A stretch of 64,000 nt of DNA, from the NCBI GenBank assembly GCA_000002445.1, contig CH464491.1, positions 3,392,001 through 3,456,000 on the forward strand. The letters are read 5' to 3'. The notes under the pieces are model-generated. The model saw nothing but the letters and a program-made list of their open reading frames with translations, was not told where the DNA came from and searched no databases. Each line of letters starts with the position of its first letter. The first letter of the stretch is position 1. Below are positions 1 through 9,870 of this stretch, piece after piece. The position numbers and the translations under genes were made by a program. The DNA is from Trypanosoma brucei. Taxonomy: Eukaryota.

Positions 1-420
1 CCTTGGTGTCATTCACATCAGCAAGTTGTTTCCTTAGTTCCTTCAGTTCTTTTTCAATTAAAGCCTTGGAGTCATTTACATCACTTAGTTGCCTCCTCAG
101 TTCCTTCAGTTCCTTCTCCAGTGATGATTTGGAATCAGTCACATCACTCAGTTGCTTCCTCAGCTCCTTCAGTTCATTTTCCATTAACGCCTTAGAATCA
201 TTCACCCCACCGAGTTGCTTCTTTATACTGTCACTGCTTTCACCCTTTAGTTGACACTCAGGGCCACTTGATTTCTTTGTTTTTGTCTCAACTATCAGTT
301 CATCCAGCTCCTTCTCGAGTGACGCTTTAGAATCAGTTACTTCCAGTAGTTGCTGTTTCAACTCCTTAAGTTCTTTTTCCATTAACGCCTTCGATTCGCT
401 GAGGTTCCTTAATTGTTCTT
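1..420. repeat. Diverged copies of the 63-bp coding tandem repeat (same family as 2810..5230)
   Basis: Reading 1-420 shows a recurring ttccttcagttccttctc...gatgatttggaatcagtcacatcactcagttgc unit with many substitutions relative to the downstream array. Confidence 0.6.
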
Positions 421-949
421 CAATGTTGGAAAGGGAAGATGATTTCTGCTGATCTCCCTCTGTGTTGTGGCATCGTTCCTTTAAACTGTCCACTTTTCTG
501 TGCATATCAAATTCCACTGCAGAAGTATCAGTAGCTTCGCTTCTACGGGCGCTTCCTTTCGAGTTCTCTCTTGTGCCGAACCTCTCATCCACTTGAGAGT
601 TTGCATCAAGAGCACCGCATTCAATTGTCTGTCTGCCGCTTGAAAATGCACCCGCAGTAGTGAAGCGGGACATACTATGCGATGAAGAGCGTGCTGAAAA
701 TATTGTTGCGCCCCTTCGGAAATCCCTTCCAGTAGAGTGCCGTGCTAAATACTCCTCATTTTCAATCACCGCTCTACTGATAGTTTCAGTCTTCACAAAA
801 AGATCCTCCCAGGATGTGGAAACAGAATCATTTTCATCCGAACCCCTCGTTTTCCTCTTTTGCTCCACAAGACTCGCACCGTCACTTGCAGCAAGGCCGT
901 GGTCCGACCCATCTACCTCTTGGCTGCCGAACCACGTTTTACTCTCCAT
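1..949 (-). CDS. Partial CDS (N-terminal ~316 aa; the 3' end runs off the window at position 1): paralogue of the 21-aa-repeat coiled-coil protein, with a unique N-terminal region followed by diverged SKxxLEKELKELRKQL repeats
   Basis: Manual minus-strand translation from the ATG at 949..947 (an in-frame stop lies at 965..967) gives MVEGSK...MSRFTTAGAF...SESKALMEKELKELKQQLLEVTDSKASLEKELDEL...SDVTDSKSSLEKELKELRRQLSDVNDSKALIEKELKELRKQLADVNDTK. The frame stays open to position 1. The ORF track does not list it because it has no stop inside the window. Confidence 0.5.
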   Translation of the reverse strand, partial: MESKTWFGSQEVDGSDHGLAASDGASLVEQKRKTRGSDENDSVSTSWEDLFVKTETISRAVIENEEYLARHSTGRDFRRGATIFSARSSSHSMSRFTTAGAFSSGRQTIECGALDANSQVDERFGTRENSKGSARRSEATDTSAVEFDMHRKVDSLKERCHNTEGDQQKSSSLSNIEEQLRNLSESKALMEKELKELKQQLLEVTDSKASLEKELDELIVETKTKKSSGPECQLKGESSDSIKKQLGGVNDSKALMENELKELRKQLSDVTDSKSSLEKELKELRRQLSDVNDSKALIEKELKELRKQLADVNDTK

Positions 950-1628
950 CACCTCACCGGAAATTCAACCACTGATGTTGATATTGACTCGGAGAGGTCA
1001 GCACACAGCTATTACCGGTGCCTTCTTATCCTTTCCTATCCAGAACCCAAAACGCCCCCACCTCTTTTTCACTAATCCTTGCTCGTTACTATGACTACGC
1101 TGCACAAAGAAATACCGTTTGCAAGCCTGACAAATGGGGAAAAGGGCTACAGAGTGGAGCACTACAGTGGAAAATACGTGTGCGGTATAAGCACACAGCG
1201 ACAGGAAGACACAACAGCCTCGGTCAGTTCGTTACAAACCCCAGAAGCTCAGAGATGCGGTACCTTCATACCCAACAGGTATGCACAAGGCAGCAACATA
1301 CAGAAACGAGTTGAAGAAGAAAGGAAAAAAGGAAAAAAGGAAAAAAGTAAGCAAACAATTACATACTCGGGAAGTGCTATACCTCTTCAAAATACAGAAA
1401 CGTGGTCGGCGCACCACCAATATCATATTAGACAAGAATGCCGTGCAGCGCCGGCCGCAACGCTCCAAATCACTTTAACGTCCACACAACGAAATACCGG
1501 AATGACGCTGAAAATGGTAGTAGCGCTTGGAGCGAAGCGCCCACCTACGCTATTTCCCGAAAACAAGCACAAATACAGGCAGTAATCTGCAATAGCTCAA
1601 TGAAGGCGGTAAAGCACATGAGATACAG

Positions 1629-3107
1629 CTAACGGAGTTCGTAACGTTTATATACAGTAGATCCAACAGCAAGGACGAGCATCCCCACCGCAGAGGCTGA
1701 GAACGCAGCAGCCTCCTTCCACTCGGATATACCTCCCTCCTGCACGTACGCTGCAGCAACAGCGGGAGAGCAGCGCTGCAGCGCAGCAAGCATTGCCTCA
1801 TGCCGATTCTGGCGCTGCTTGTGCATGTCGTCCAAAAGTTTCCGCACGTTGAATAACATTAAACGCACCCTGTCTTGCATCTGTTGAAGAAGGTCATTCG
1901 GGGCGGAAACTCCACTCGACAGGACCCGTGACTCACCCGAACCTTCGCAGTGCTCGTGGCGCGGTGACACCATCAAACAATCCAGCTCCTCCCCGACCGC
2001 GTCGATTCGGGCTTGCAGTAAACGAAGATTCTCATCTTGCCGTTTCCATGTCCCCTCAGCCCTCATTACACGGCGCTTATAATCACTTGCAGCAGCCTGC
2101 AGCTCTGTGCGCGCCCCATAGTTATCCCCTGAGTCGCTGTGCCTCTCAGCTAGTTGCATCACACGCTTGAAATGCCGAGCCTCCTTTATGCACGGAGCGA
2201 TCTGTGAAACAACCTTGCCACAGCGCTGAATATCCCTTTCGATTGCCTTAATCTTCCTCAGTAGCAGCACGATTGGAGCACCCAGCGATTGCAGAGCAGA
2301 GATGTTATAGCTTTCCGCATTCTCCCCGGCACCCTCATCCGAGTTCGTTGTATGACAAAATTCACCATCCACCGCACGTTTGCTCCGTCTCCTCCGCTGG
2401 GAGGGTCGGTCATGAAGAACAGTGCCAAGTTCAGAATGTCCGTGAACAGCACAGTCAAACTCAAAATAATCTTCCGCCAGTCCGCTCTCAGCACCCACGA
2501 CAGATGTATCATAGGAACTATCAAGGGAATCCTCCAAACTACATGACCCCTCACCTTCTGAAAAATTAGCAAGCTTTGCCTGCGCAAAATCAACGTCAGC
2601 AGAACAAGATTTTTCGTTCGGGGAACATGTGAGCTTTACCACATTTTTCGAAATGTCCCTCCCTGCATTTATTTCATTCAACTGCTTCATTAGTACAGCG
2701 TTTTCTTCATTGAGTTTTCCAAGTTCAGTATGAAAAGGGTCACTAAACTTGGCACCACCCTCCATTTCATTAAGGTTTTCAGGCGCCTCTTTCGAATAAT
2801 GCTCCTCGGCAAGTTGCTTTTTCAGTTCCTTCTCCAGTGCTGCCTTAGAACCATTAACATCACTCAGTTGCTTCCTCAGTTCCTTCAGTTCCTTCTCGAG
2901 TGATGATTTGGAACCAGCCACATCACTCGGTTGCTTCCTCAGTTCCTTAAGTTCCTTCTCGAGTGATGATTTGGAACCAGTCACATCACTCAGTTGCTTC
3001 TTCAGTTCCTTCAGTTCCTTCTCGAGTGATGATTTGGAACCAGTCACATCACTCAGTTGCTTCCTCAGCTCCTTCTCCTTCTCGAGTGATGATTTGGAAC
3101 CAGTCAC
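1629..3107 (-). CDS. C-terminal part of the repeat protein: the last repeats, then a non-repetitive domain ending in a hydrophobic tail (AAFSASAVGMLVLAVGSTVY-KRYELR). It is probably the frameshifted continuation of 3125..7024.
   Basis: The ORF track shows repeats at the N-terminus in a different frame from the upstream ORF. The nucleotide repeat array runs continuously across 3107-3125. The C-terminal 20 residues form a hydrophobic segment followed by basic residues, which is tail-anchor-like. Confidence 0.5.
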   Translation of the reverse strand: MTGSKSSLEKEKELRKQLSDVTGSKSSLEKELKELKKQLSDVTGSKSSLEKELKELRKQPSDVAGSKSSLEKELKELRKQLSDVNGSKAALEKELKKQLAEEHYSKEAPENLNEMEGGAKFSDPFHTELGKLNEENAVLMKQLNEINAGRDISKNVVKLTCSPNEKSCSADVDFAQAKLANFSEGEGSCSLEDSLDSSYDTSVVGAESGLAEDYFEFDCAVHGHSELGTVLHDRPSQRRRRSKRAVDGEFCHTTNSDEGAGENAESYNISALQSLGAPIVLLLRKIKAIERDIQRCGKVVSQIAPCIKEARHFKRVMQLAERHSDSGDNYGARTELQAAASDYKRRVMRAEGTWKRQDENLRLLQARIDAVGEELDCLMVSPRHEHCEGSGESRVLSSGVSAPNDLLQQMQDRVRLMLFNVRKLLDDMHKQRQNRHEAMLAALQRCSPAVAAAYVQEGGISEWKEAAAFSASAVGMLVLAVGSTVYKRYELR

Positions 3108-5230
3108 ATCACTCAGTTGCTTCTTCAGTTCCTTCTCTCGAGTGATGATTTGGAACCAGCCACATCACTCAGTTGCTTCCTCAGTTCCTTCAGTTCCTTC
3201 TCGAGTGATGATTTGGAATCAGCCACATCACTCAGTTGCTTCCCCAGTTCCTTCTCGAGTGATGATTTGGAACCAGCCACATCACTCAGTTGCTTCCTCA
3301 GTTCCTTCAGTTCCTTCTCGAGTGATGATTTGGAACCAGTCACATCACTCAGTTGCTTCCTCAGTTCCTTCAGTTCCTTCTCGAGTGATGATTTGGAACC
3401 AGTCACATCACTCAGTTGCTTCTTCAGTTCCTTCAGTTCCTTCTCGAGTGATGATTTGGAACCAGCCACATCACTCAGTTGCTTCCTCAGTTCCTTCAGT
3501 TCCTTCTCAAGTGATGATTTGGAACCAGTCACATCACTCAGTTGCTTCTTCAGTTCCTTCAGTTCCTTCTCGAGTGATGATTTGGAACCAGCCACATCAC
3601 TCAGTTGCTTCTTCAGTTCCTTCAGTTCCTTCTCGAGTGATGATTTGGAACCAGCCACATCACTCGGTTGCTTCCCCAGTTCCTTCTCGAGTGATGATTT
3701 GGAACCAGCCACATCACTCAGTTGCTTCCTCAGTTCCTTCAGTTCCTTCTCGAGTGATGATTTGGAACCAGTCACATCACTCAGTTGCTTCCTCAGTTCC
3801 TTCTCGAGTGATGATTTGGAATCAGCCACATCACTCGGTTGCTTCCTCAGTTCCTTCAGTTCCTTCTCGAGTGATGATTTGGAACCAGCCACATCACTCA
3901 GTTGCTTCCTCAGTTCATCCGGCTCCTTCTCGAGTGATGATTTGGAATCAGCCACATCACTCAATTGCTTCCTCAGTTCCTTCAGTTCCTTCTCGAGTGA
4001 TGATTTGGAACCAGCCACATCACTCAGTTGCTTCCTCAGTTCCTTCAGTTCCTTCTCGAGTGATGATTTGGAATCAGCCACATCACTCAGTTGCTTCCTC
4101 AGTTCCTTCAGTTCCTTCTCGAGTGATGATTTGGAACCAGCCACATCACTCAGTTGCTTCCTCAGTTCCTTCAGTTCCTTCTCGAGTGACGATTTGGAAT
4201 CAGCCACATCACTCAGTTGCTTCCTCAGTTCCTTCAGTTCCTTCTCGAGTGATGATTTGGAACCAGCCACATCACTCAGTTGCTTCCTCAGTTCCTTCTC
4301 GAGTGATGATTTGGAATCAGCCACATCACTCAGTTGCTTCCTCAGTTCCTTCAGTTCCTTCTCGAGTGATGATTTGGAACCAGCCACATCACTCAGTTGC
4401 TTCCTCAGTTCCTTCTCGAGTGACGATTTGGAACCAGCCACATCACTCAGTTGCTTCCTCAGTTCCTTCAGTTCCTTCTCGAGTGATGATTTGGAACCAG
4501 CCACATCACTCAGTTGCTTCCTCAGTTCCTTCTCGAGTGACGATTTGGAACCAGCCACATCACTCAGTTGCTTCTTCAGTTCATCCGGCTCCTTCTCGAG
4601 TGATGATTTGGAACCAGCCACATCACTCAGTTGCTTCCTCAGTTCCTTCTCGAGTGACGATTTGGAATCAGCCACATCACTCAGTTGCTTCCTCAGTTCC
4701 TTCAGTTCCTTCTCGAGTGATGATTTGGAACCAGTCACATCACTCGGTTGCTTCCTCAGTTCCTTCAGTTCCTTCTCGAGTGATGATTTGGAATCAGCCA
4801 CATCACTCGGTTGCTTCCTCAGTTCCTTCAGTTCCTTCTCGAGTGATGATTTGGAACCAGCCACATCACTCAGTTGCTTCCTCAGTTCCTTCTCGAGTGA
4901 TGATTTGGAATCAGCCACATCACTCAGTTGCTTCCTCAGTTCCTTCAGTTCCTTCTCGAGTGATGATTTGGAACCAGCCACATCACTCGGTTGCTTCCTC
5001 AGTTCCTTCAGTTCCTTCTCGAGTGATGATTTGGAATCAGTCACATCACTCAGTTGCTTCCTCAGTTCCTTCAGTTCTTTTTCCATCAATGCCCTCGACT
5101 CTGTCACCTTGTTCAGCTGCTTTTTTAGCTCCTTTTCTAGAAGCGTCATTGATCCAGTCATCTCGCTGAGTTGCTCGTTTAGTCCCCTCATTTCTCCTTT
5201 CAATGACGCCTCTAATTTTTCTCTGTTCAT
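2810..5230. repeat. Tandem array of a 63-bp coding repeat (with 54-bp variants lacking one KEL), about 38 units, highly homogenised
   Basis: There is a direct visible periodicity: ttcctcagttccttcagttccttctcgagtgatgatttggaaccagccacatcactcagttgc. Point variants give A/T/D and R/K substitutions. The plus-strand ORFs of 753 and 714 aa over this region are antisense artefacts of a repeat that contains no stop codons. Confidence 0.9.
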
Positions 5231-7024
5231 TTCTTGCTTTTCATTTTTCTTTTTGTCTTGAAGGTGGTTTTGTGACATCTGTTCATCGCATTGCGCCGTA
5301 TGGAAAATTGCCGTTGAAGTATTGCCAGACTGCCTTATTTTTTCCTCACAGTTTTTTGTGATGCTGTGCAGCTGTCGACTGCTATCTCTCGTTTGGTTAA
5401 CATCTTTGTGTGACTGAGCAATTGGTTGCATCCGCTGCCGTTTCGAATCTGCATCGGCGCACGATGATTGCTGTGGAGAGTCTTCATTTCTAAGGCGGTG
5501 GTGGCGCACCTGCAGTGGACTTTTGTCGAGGTGGCCCCACTGTGATCGGGTAATTTTACCCTCGTCGCGCTTTGCACTGTCGTGCACCGGGGAACTACTT
5601 TCACCTTGATGGATATAACGTGCACGATAGGGCGTACTGGTTCTGATTGTTGACCTCGCTGAAGGGCTAGATCGCGGAGATGGGCGGTGGAGCCCAGAAC
5701 CTGGGGATCCGTTTCTGCACAAAACGGTAGTGAACAGATTACATAGCCTTGCGTACTGGTCGCTGGTCAGGTCAACAGTGTCCTGAGAACGTTGTGACCG
5801 ACCGATGGTACAGAGCACACTTGAGTGTAAGATACGTTGGTGCTGCCGAGTTAACGATCGGACCCATGTCTTGGCAGCAAATCTTTCCACCGACACAAAT
5901 TCATCGTAGGCCCGCGGCGGAGTACATGCACGCTCGCTTGGATGAACATGATCCATTCTCGGTGCTCGAGCCCCATAGCGGCTTGGGCTCTTCCATCGGG
6001 AACAAGCTACCCCACGGTGATCAGTGTTTTCAAGGCGTTCGTAGTTATTCCATAATGAACGTATTTCTCGTGTAATGACATCCAACCGCTTGCGCACTTG
6101 TTCTACACGGTGTTGAAGATGAGTCGCGTCCTCGCCGGACTGTTGCACATCGCGTAAGTGGTGCTCGTGCCAATTCACGCAAATCATCCTCATATTAGCC
6201 ACGACCCACTGTTGCACGGAGCCAAGTGCATGACTCCCTTTGAGGGCTTCCTCGTACGTAAAGTTCAGAGAGTTAGTGTACTGTGAAACGAGTTCGTCGT
6301 GGCACTCCTTGCTGATGGTCAGCGGGTCAAACTGCATCAGCACCTGCAGTATCCCAGCACGGTGCAGAAAAGGCTGCATCTCACTCCATGTGCGCCTCCT
6401 CTCACCAAGCAGTACCATTACTAATCCCATGACACGCACGACAATATCCGGGGGTGTTCGGTACGACACAAGCTCTCTCCAATGCCGAGCATCGACCTGG
6501 CGCACCACGTGGCAGGCGTGCCTAAGCTGCATCTCAGCCTCTCGCTTCTTCGTGGCAACATCCAGATTTTTCATAGAAAGCTCACGATATAATTTTGCGC
6601 GCTCTTGCGAAAGCCGAACCGCTTCGTCTCTGTGCTGAATCAGCTGGGACTGTAGAGGAGGAATCCGTAGCAGAAGTTCGCGTCCCTCCTCCGTCGTTAC
6701 GGCAGCCAGGGCTTTTGTCAGCGGGCAGGCACCTCCCTCCTGATCACTTGGTACCAGAGGTTCTATGTACAAAGAGCGGCAAACAACATCGCTGCACACA
6801 ATTCCTAGGCTGCAACGCCACATGCCAGAAGATCGCTCAATGTATTCATACGCCACAATGTCGTCAGGGGCGACCTGAGGAAAGGAGTCCTGCCGCCACT
6901 GGAACTCCTCCAACCCCGATAAAAATTCACCATCGTCGCCCACGGCAAATAGTGGTGCTATAGTAAGGATTGAAGGTTGGTCACTGCCTGCCATTGTGCC
7001 TTCTTCTGGTATATTTACCTCCAT
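3125..7024 (-). CDS. Large coiled-coil protein: N-terminal ~560-aa domain containing a dynein-stalk/microtubule-binding-domain-like segment, then about 38 tandem 21-aa repeats (KSSLEKELKELRKQLSDVAGS, with 18-aa variants). A +2 frameshift truncates it at 3125.
   Basis: This is a 1323-codon ORF. The ORF-track start at 7096 is a TTG; the first in-frame ATG is at 7024 (MEVNIPEEG...). The stop at 3125 coincides with an extra CT in one repeat unit (ttccttctctcgagtg instead of ttccttctcgagtg). Confidence 0.65.
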   Translation of the reverse strand: MEVNIPEEGTMAGSDQPSILTIAPLFAVGDDGEFLSGLEEFQWRQDSFPQVAPDDIVAYEYIERSSGMWRCSLGIVCSDVVCRSLYIEPLVPSDQEGGACPLTKALAAVTTEEGRELLLRIPPLQSQLIQHRDEAVRLSQERAKLYRELSMKNLDVATKKREAEMQLRHACHVVRQVDARHWRELVSYRTPPDIVVRVMGLVMVLLGERRRTWSEMQPFLHRAGILQVLMQFDPLTISKECHDELVSQYTNSLNFTYEEALKGSHALGSVQQWVVANMRMICVNWHEHHLRDVQQSGEDATHLQHRVEQVRKRLDVITREIRSLWNNYERLENTDHRGVACSRWKSPSRYGARAPRMDHVHPSERACTPPRAYDEFVSVERFAAKTWVRSLTRQHQRILHSSVLCTIGRSQRSQDTVDLTSDQYARLCNLFTTVLCRNGSPGSGLHRPSPRSSPSARSTIRTSTPYRARYIHQGESSSPVHDSAKRDEGKITRSQWGHLDKSPLQVRHHRLRNEDSPQQSSCADADSKRQRMQPIAQSHKDVNQTRDSSRQLHSITKNCEEKIRQSGNTSTAIFHTAQCDEQMSQNHLQDKKKNEKQEMNREKLEASLKGEMRGLNEQLSEMTGSMTLLEKELKKQLNKVTESRALMEKELKELRKQLSDVTDSKSSLEKELKELRKQPSDVAGSKSSLEKELKELRKQLSDVADSKSSLEKELRKQLSDVAGSKSSLEKELKELRKQPSDVADSKSSLEKELKELRKQPSDVTGSKSSLEKELKELRKQLSDVADSKSSLEKELRKQLSDVAGSKSSLEKEPDELKKQLSDVAGSKSSLEKELRKQLSDVAGSKSSLEKELKELRKQLSDVAGSKSSLEKELRKQLSDVAGSKSSLEKELKELRKQLSDVADSKSSLEKELRKQLSDVAGSKSSLEKELKELRKQLSDVADSKSSLEKELKELRKQLSDVAGSKSSLEKELKELRKQLSDVADSKSSLEKELKELRKQLSDVAGSKSSLEKELKELRKQLSDVADSKSSLEKEPDELRKQLSDVAGSKSSLEKELKELRKQPSDVADSKSSLEKELRKQLSDVTGSKSSLEKELKELRKQLSDVAGSKSSLEKELGKQPSDVAGSKSSLEKELKELKKQLSDVAGSKSSLEKELKELKKQLSDVTGSKSSLEKELKELRKQLSDVAGSKSSLEKELKELKKQLSDVTGSKSSLEKELKELRKQLSDVTGSKSSLEKELKELRKQLSDVAGSKSSLEKELGKQLSDVADSKSSLEKELKELRKQLSDVAGSKSSLERRN

Positions 7025-7348
7025 TACGTAGCCTCCCCCTCTCTGTACTTCTAGCTGTTTAGGTTGTTTTCCCCTTTCACACACTCGATCACACAACCCA
7101 CACCCTTGACTATCCTCGCCGGTCGGTTGTACGACTTTCAGAATCCTTCTTCCCCAGCTTCACCACAAATGATAGACTTCACCAACTGTGTCTGACGGCC
7201 GTGTTCACCCACACGCTTAACTCTTCACAGGTAAAAAAACACTACCAACACCTTCGATACTGTTTTTACTACCCACTCTTTCCTTTACCCTCCCCTCGTT
7301 CACTTTACAAAGTCGCTCAACTTCGCGCACAAGCAAATAAAATACAAA

Positions 7349-7392
7349 TGTATGTATATATTTATATTTATGTATGCGTATATATGTATATC
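7349..7392. repeat. Imperfect (TA/TG)n microsatellite in the intergenic region
   Basis: atgtatgtatatatttatatttatgtatgcgtatatatgtatat. Confidence 0.6.
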
Positions 7393-8343
7393 CTCTGCTC
7401 TCTTTCGTTAACCCACTCTTCCCTCACTCACTTTCCCGATACGTGCTGTACTTTTTGTTTTGTTTAGTGGAGCGGCACAGGTCACCTCCTCAGAAATAAA
7501 AAATAAAATAATGACACTAATAATAACGACCGTCTGTGATGTTCAGACGATTTTCTTTCACTTGATTTAGCTATGTAAGTGTTCGATAACAACTAAAACC
7601 TTTCTTTGTCCACTCGCTTTTTTCTTGTCAACGGTACAACGGAATATGAGAAAATAAAAAAAAATAACACGGTACACACTTTCGCTCCTTACTTTCTTTT
7701 GTTGATGTTGGTGTTGGCACTGGTTACTTCCACCTGTCTTGTTTCGTTTAGCTGTTCTGGGATCGAGTCCTTTTAAAATGGAAGAGAGAATAACACTCCT
7801 TTGCCTTTAAGTTGTTGTTTTTTTTTTTTCGTCGATCCTTATCTTTCCTTTTCTCGCTTCCACAGCTTCCCTTTGTCACTAATAACGACTGACAACGCAG
7901 TGAAGTCACAGGCTACCTTTATCGGCTCCCTCAGCGGGTGAGAAATCAAGAGATGTGAGAGAGAATGGGGATGTTGGTGCATTGCTTCACGGCATACAAA
8001 AAATAAAAATCGTAGGGGAGATAAGCAAAGGGGAAAACAGGCGCGTCATGAGCGAAATGAGCCTGTGATTTAAAATTTAAAAAAACGGCCAACGAAGACA
8101 GCACCCTCCGCACTGCTACATGTGTCCATTTCAAACAGAAACAGGCTAACAAAGGATAAAACGATGAGACACCGGCAGGGTTAATCCTGCACACGCCCTT
8201 GTGCCGCTCCATACCACCAACTCCGCTATCTGCCACCTTCATTGTAGTACACGTTACGCACCCACCAACAGCAGTGTCAGAAGAGGAAGAAAAGATAGGA
8301 GAAGAAATGTAATGGTAAATTCTCTCAGCACAAATTCATTACA

Positions 8344-8985
8344 CTAGCCCTTCCACGTTGCTTTCCGCCCAGTAGTGCGGTCATAGAGGCGGGTAATAGC
8401 TTCCATTACGAGACGCATGCGGTACTTAATACGCAACGCCTCCTTACTAAGCCGCGCCGCCCTCTCACGCAACAATCTCTCGCGCCTCTGCAAAAAGACG
8501 AGTGCCTCATCACGGAACATAGGTAGCACAACCCCGCAACCAAGGTTCACCCACATCCGGCTGGCATCTGTCACCGTGCACTGCACGAAAAAGTGATTAC
8601 CCAAGTCAACCATTATGTGATTACGTTGTTGTACACTGACATCTCCAGAGGTGCTTCCTGCACCCCTCACTACAGTTGCATTACCTACAGATTGTTTGCC
8701 TTCCCCCGCCGCCACTGCTGCCGACACTGTCAGGGCTGTAGACGACCCCTCGTCACGCCTAATAAATGAGTGTGTAGAGGAAAGAGACTGCATCTCATCG
8801 AAAAGACTGCGCAACTGACAACAATTGGAGGCCATGTTGTACACTTCGTCCCTCTGTGCCAGGACCCGCGCTAACGATTGTCGTAATACGGCATCCAAAA
8901 AGTGCTCCAGCCGTAGCATACTCCCCATAGCCGCATCCGCTGGCGCATGAGAGGGGTCACTTTCCCCCCTTGACACACCAGACAT
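8344..8985 (-). CDS. Prefoldin alpha-type subunit-like protein (coiled coil, beta hairpin, coiled coil)
   Basis: The segment NHIMVDLGNHFFVQCTVTDASRMWVNLGCGVVLPMFRDEALVFL resembles the two beta-hairpins of prefoldin-alpha/UXT-type proteins, and it is flanked by helical coiled-coil stretches. The ORF-track start at 9000 is a TTG; the first ATG is at 8985. Confidence 0.45.
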   Translation of the reverse strand: MSGVSRGESDPSHAPADAAMGSMLRLEHFLDAVLRQSLARVLAQRDEVYNMASNCCQLRSLFDEMQSLSSTHSFIRRDEGSSTALTVSAAVAAGEGKQSVGNATVVRGAGSTSGDVSVQQRNHIMVDLGNHFFVQCTVTDASRMWVNLGCGVVLPMFRDEALVFLQRRERLLRERAARLSKEALRIKYRMRLVMEAITRLYDRTTGRKATWKG

Positions 8986-9870
8986 TACAACTAGCGGCAA
9001 TTATGCGGCAACAAACAAAACACAGCTCACCCTCCGTGTCACCAGCACGCTGTCCCCGCAGGCTTTCTTCAAACGGGAAAAATAGCGGAATGTCAAAAGG
9101 GGCAGACACTGCAGCAGTGCGTTACAACTAGGCGCTGGCTGTTGCTAACTCGGAACTCAGTAACCAAGGGAACCCTACGCAGTGCTAAGCAATCAGTAAA
9201 GCGCAATTACTAGAAAAACTGAGCAAATAACCGCAAAAGACGTAAGGTAAGATAAAAATGGGGAAACCTAGTATTTCTGTCTGTGCATTTACCAGTTTCG
9301 TTATCGAACTGACCGGGCACGTAGAGCCTGGCTTGGAGATGGGGTAATAAAAGGAAAACATCTCACTCATAATATAGAGATTGTTTCACTGTTCTCACCC
9401 CCAATCCTCCATGCCCGTCCGCAAGATGAAGGAATCCAGAAAGAAAAAAAAAAACATATACAAAAGGGGTGTTGGAAACCAGAGTGACAACCCTCATTGC
9501 TCCGGAAAACACCGATGCACAATTAATCGGCAACCAAATGGCGATATCACCGTTCACACACACGCATACACACAAACATAACCCGCTCCCATCACGTTGG
9601 ACACCAGCACCACCGCTTACGTGCGATAGACAGCTAATGCACAGAAGCTCCTCCGAGGGCGCCAACCCAACTTGACGCAGCCCACGAGCTCCCAACCAAC
9701 ACCGTCAGTGATAATTCACACGTGTCGCTCGAACGCCACCATCAAATTTCGGTGCTGATGCAGAACAAAAGAATGGGATCCTTACCGCAACAGATTGAAC
9801 GCTAGCAAAAAGTCCTCCGCGCGCGGACCCCGCCTCTTTGTCTTACCGCTCGTCTCATAACTAAAAGCAA

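Noticed and set aside
1-254. Plus-strand ORF 3..254 (83 aa, Ser/Phe-rich)
   Set aside because: Antisense frame of the diverged repeat region of the partial minus-strand gene.
2908-5261. Two very long plus-strand ORFs (753 aa MIWNQPHHSVASS..., 714 aa SSDDLEPATSLSCFLSSF...) covering the repeat array
   Set aside because: They are antisense reading frames of a 63-bp repeat that happens to lack stop codons in several frames. Their composition is not coding-like, and they fall with the array boundaries. The real gene is on the minus strand.
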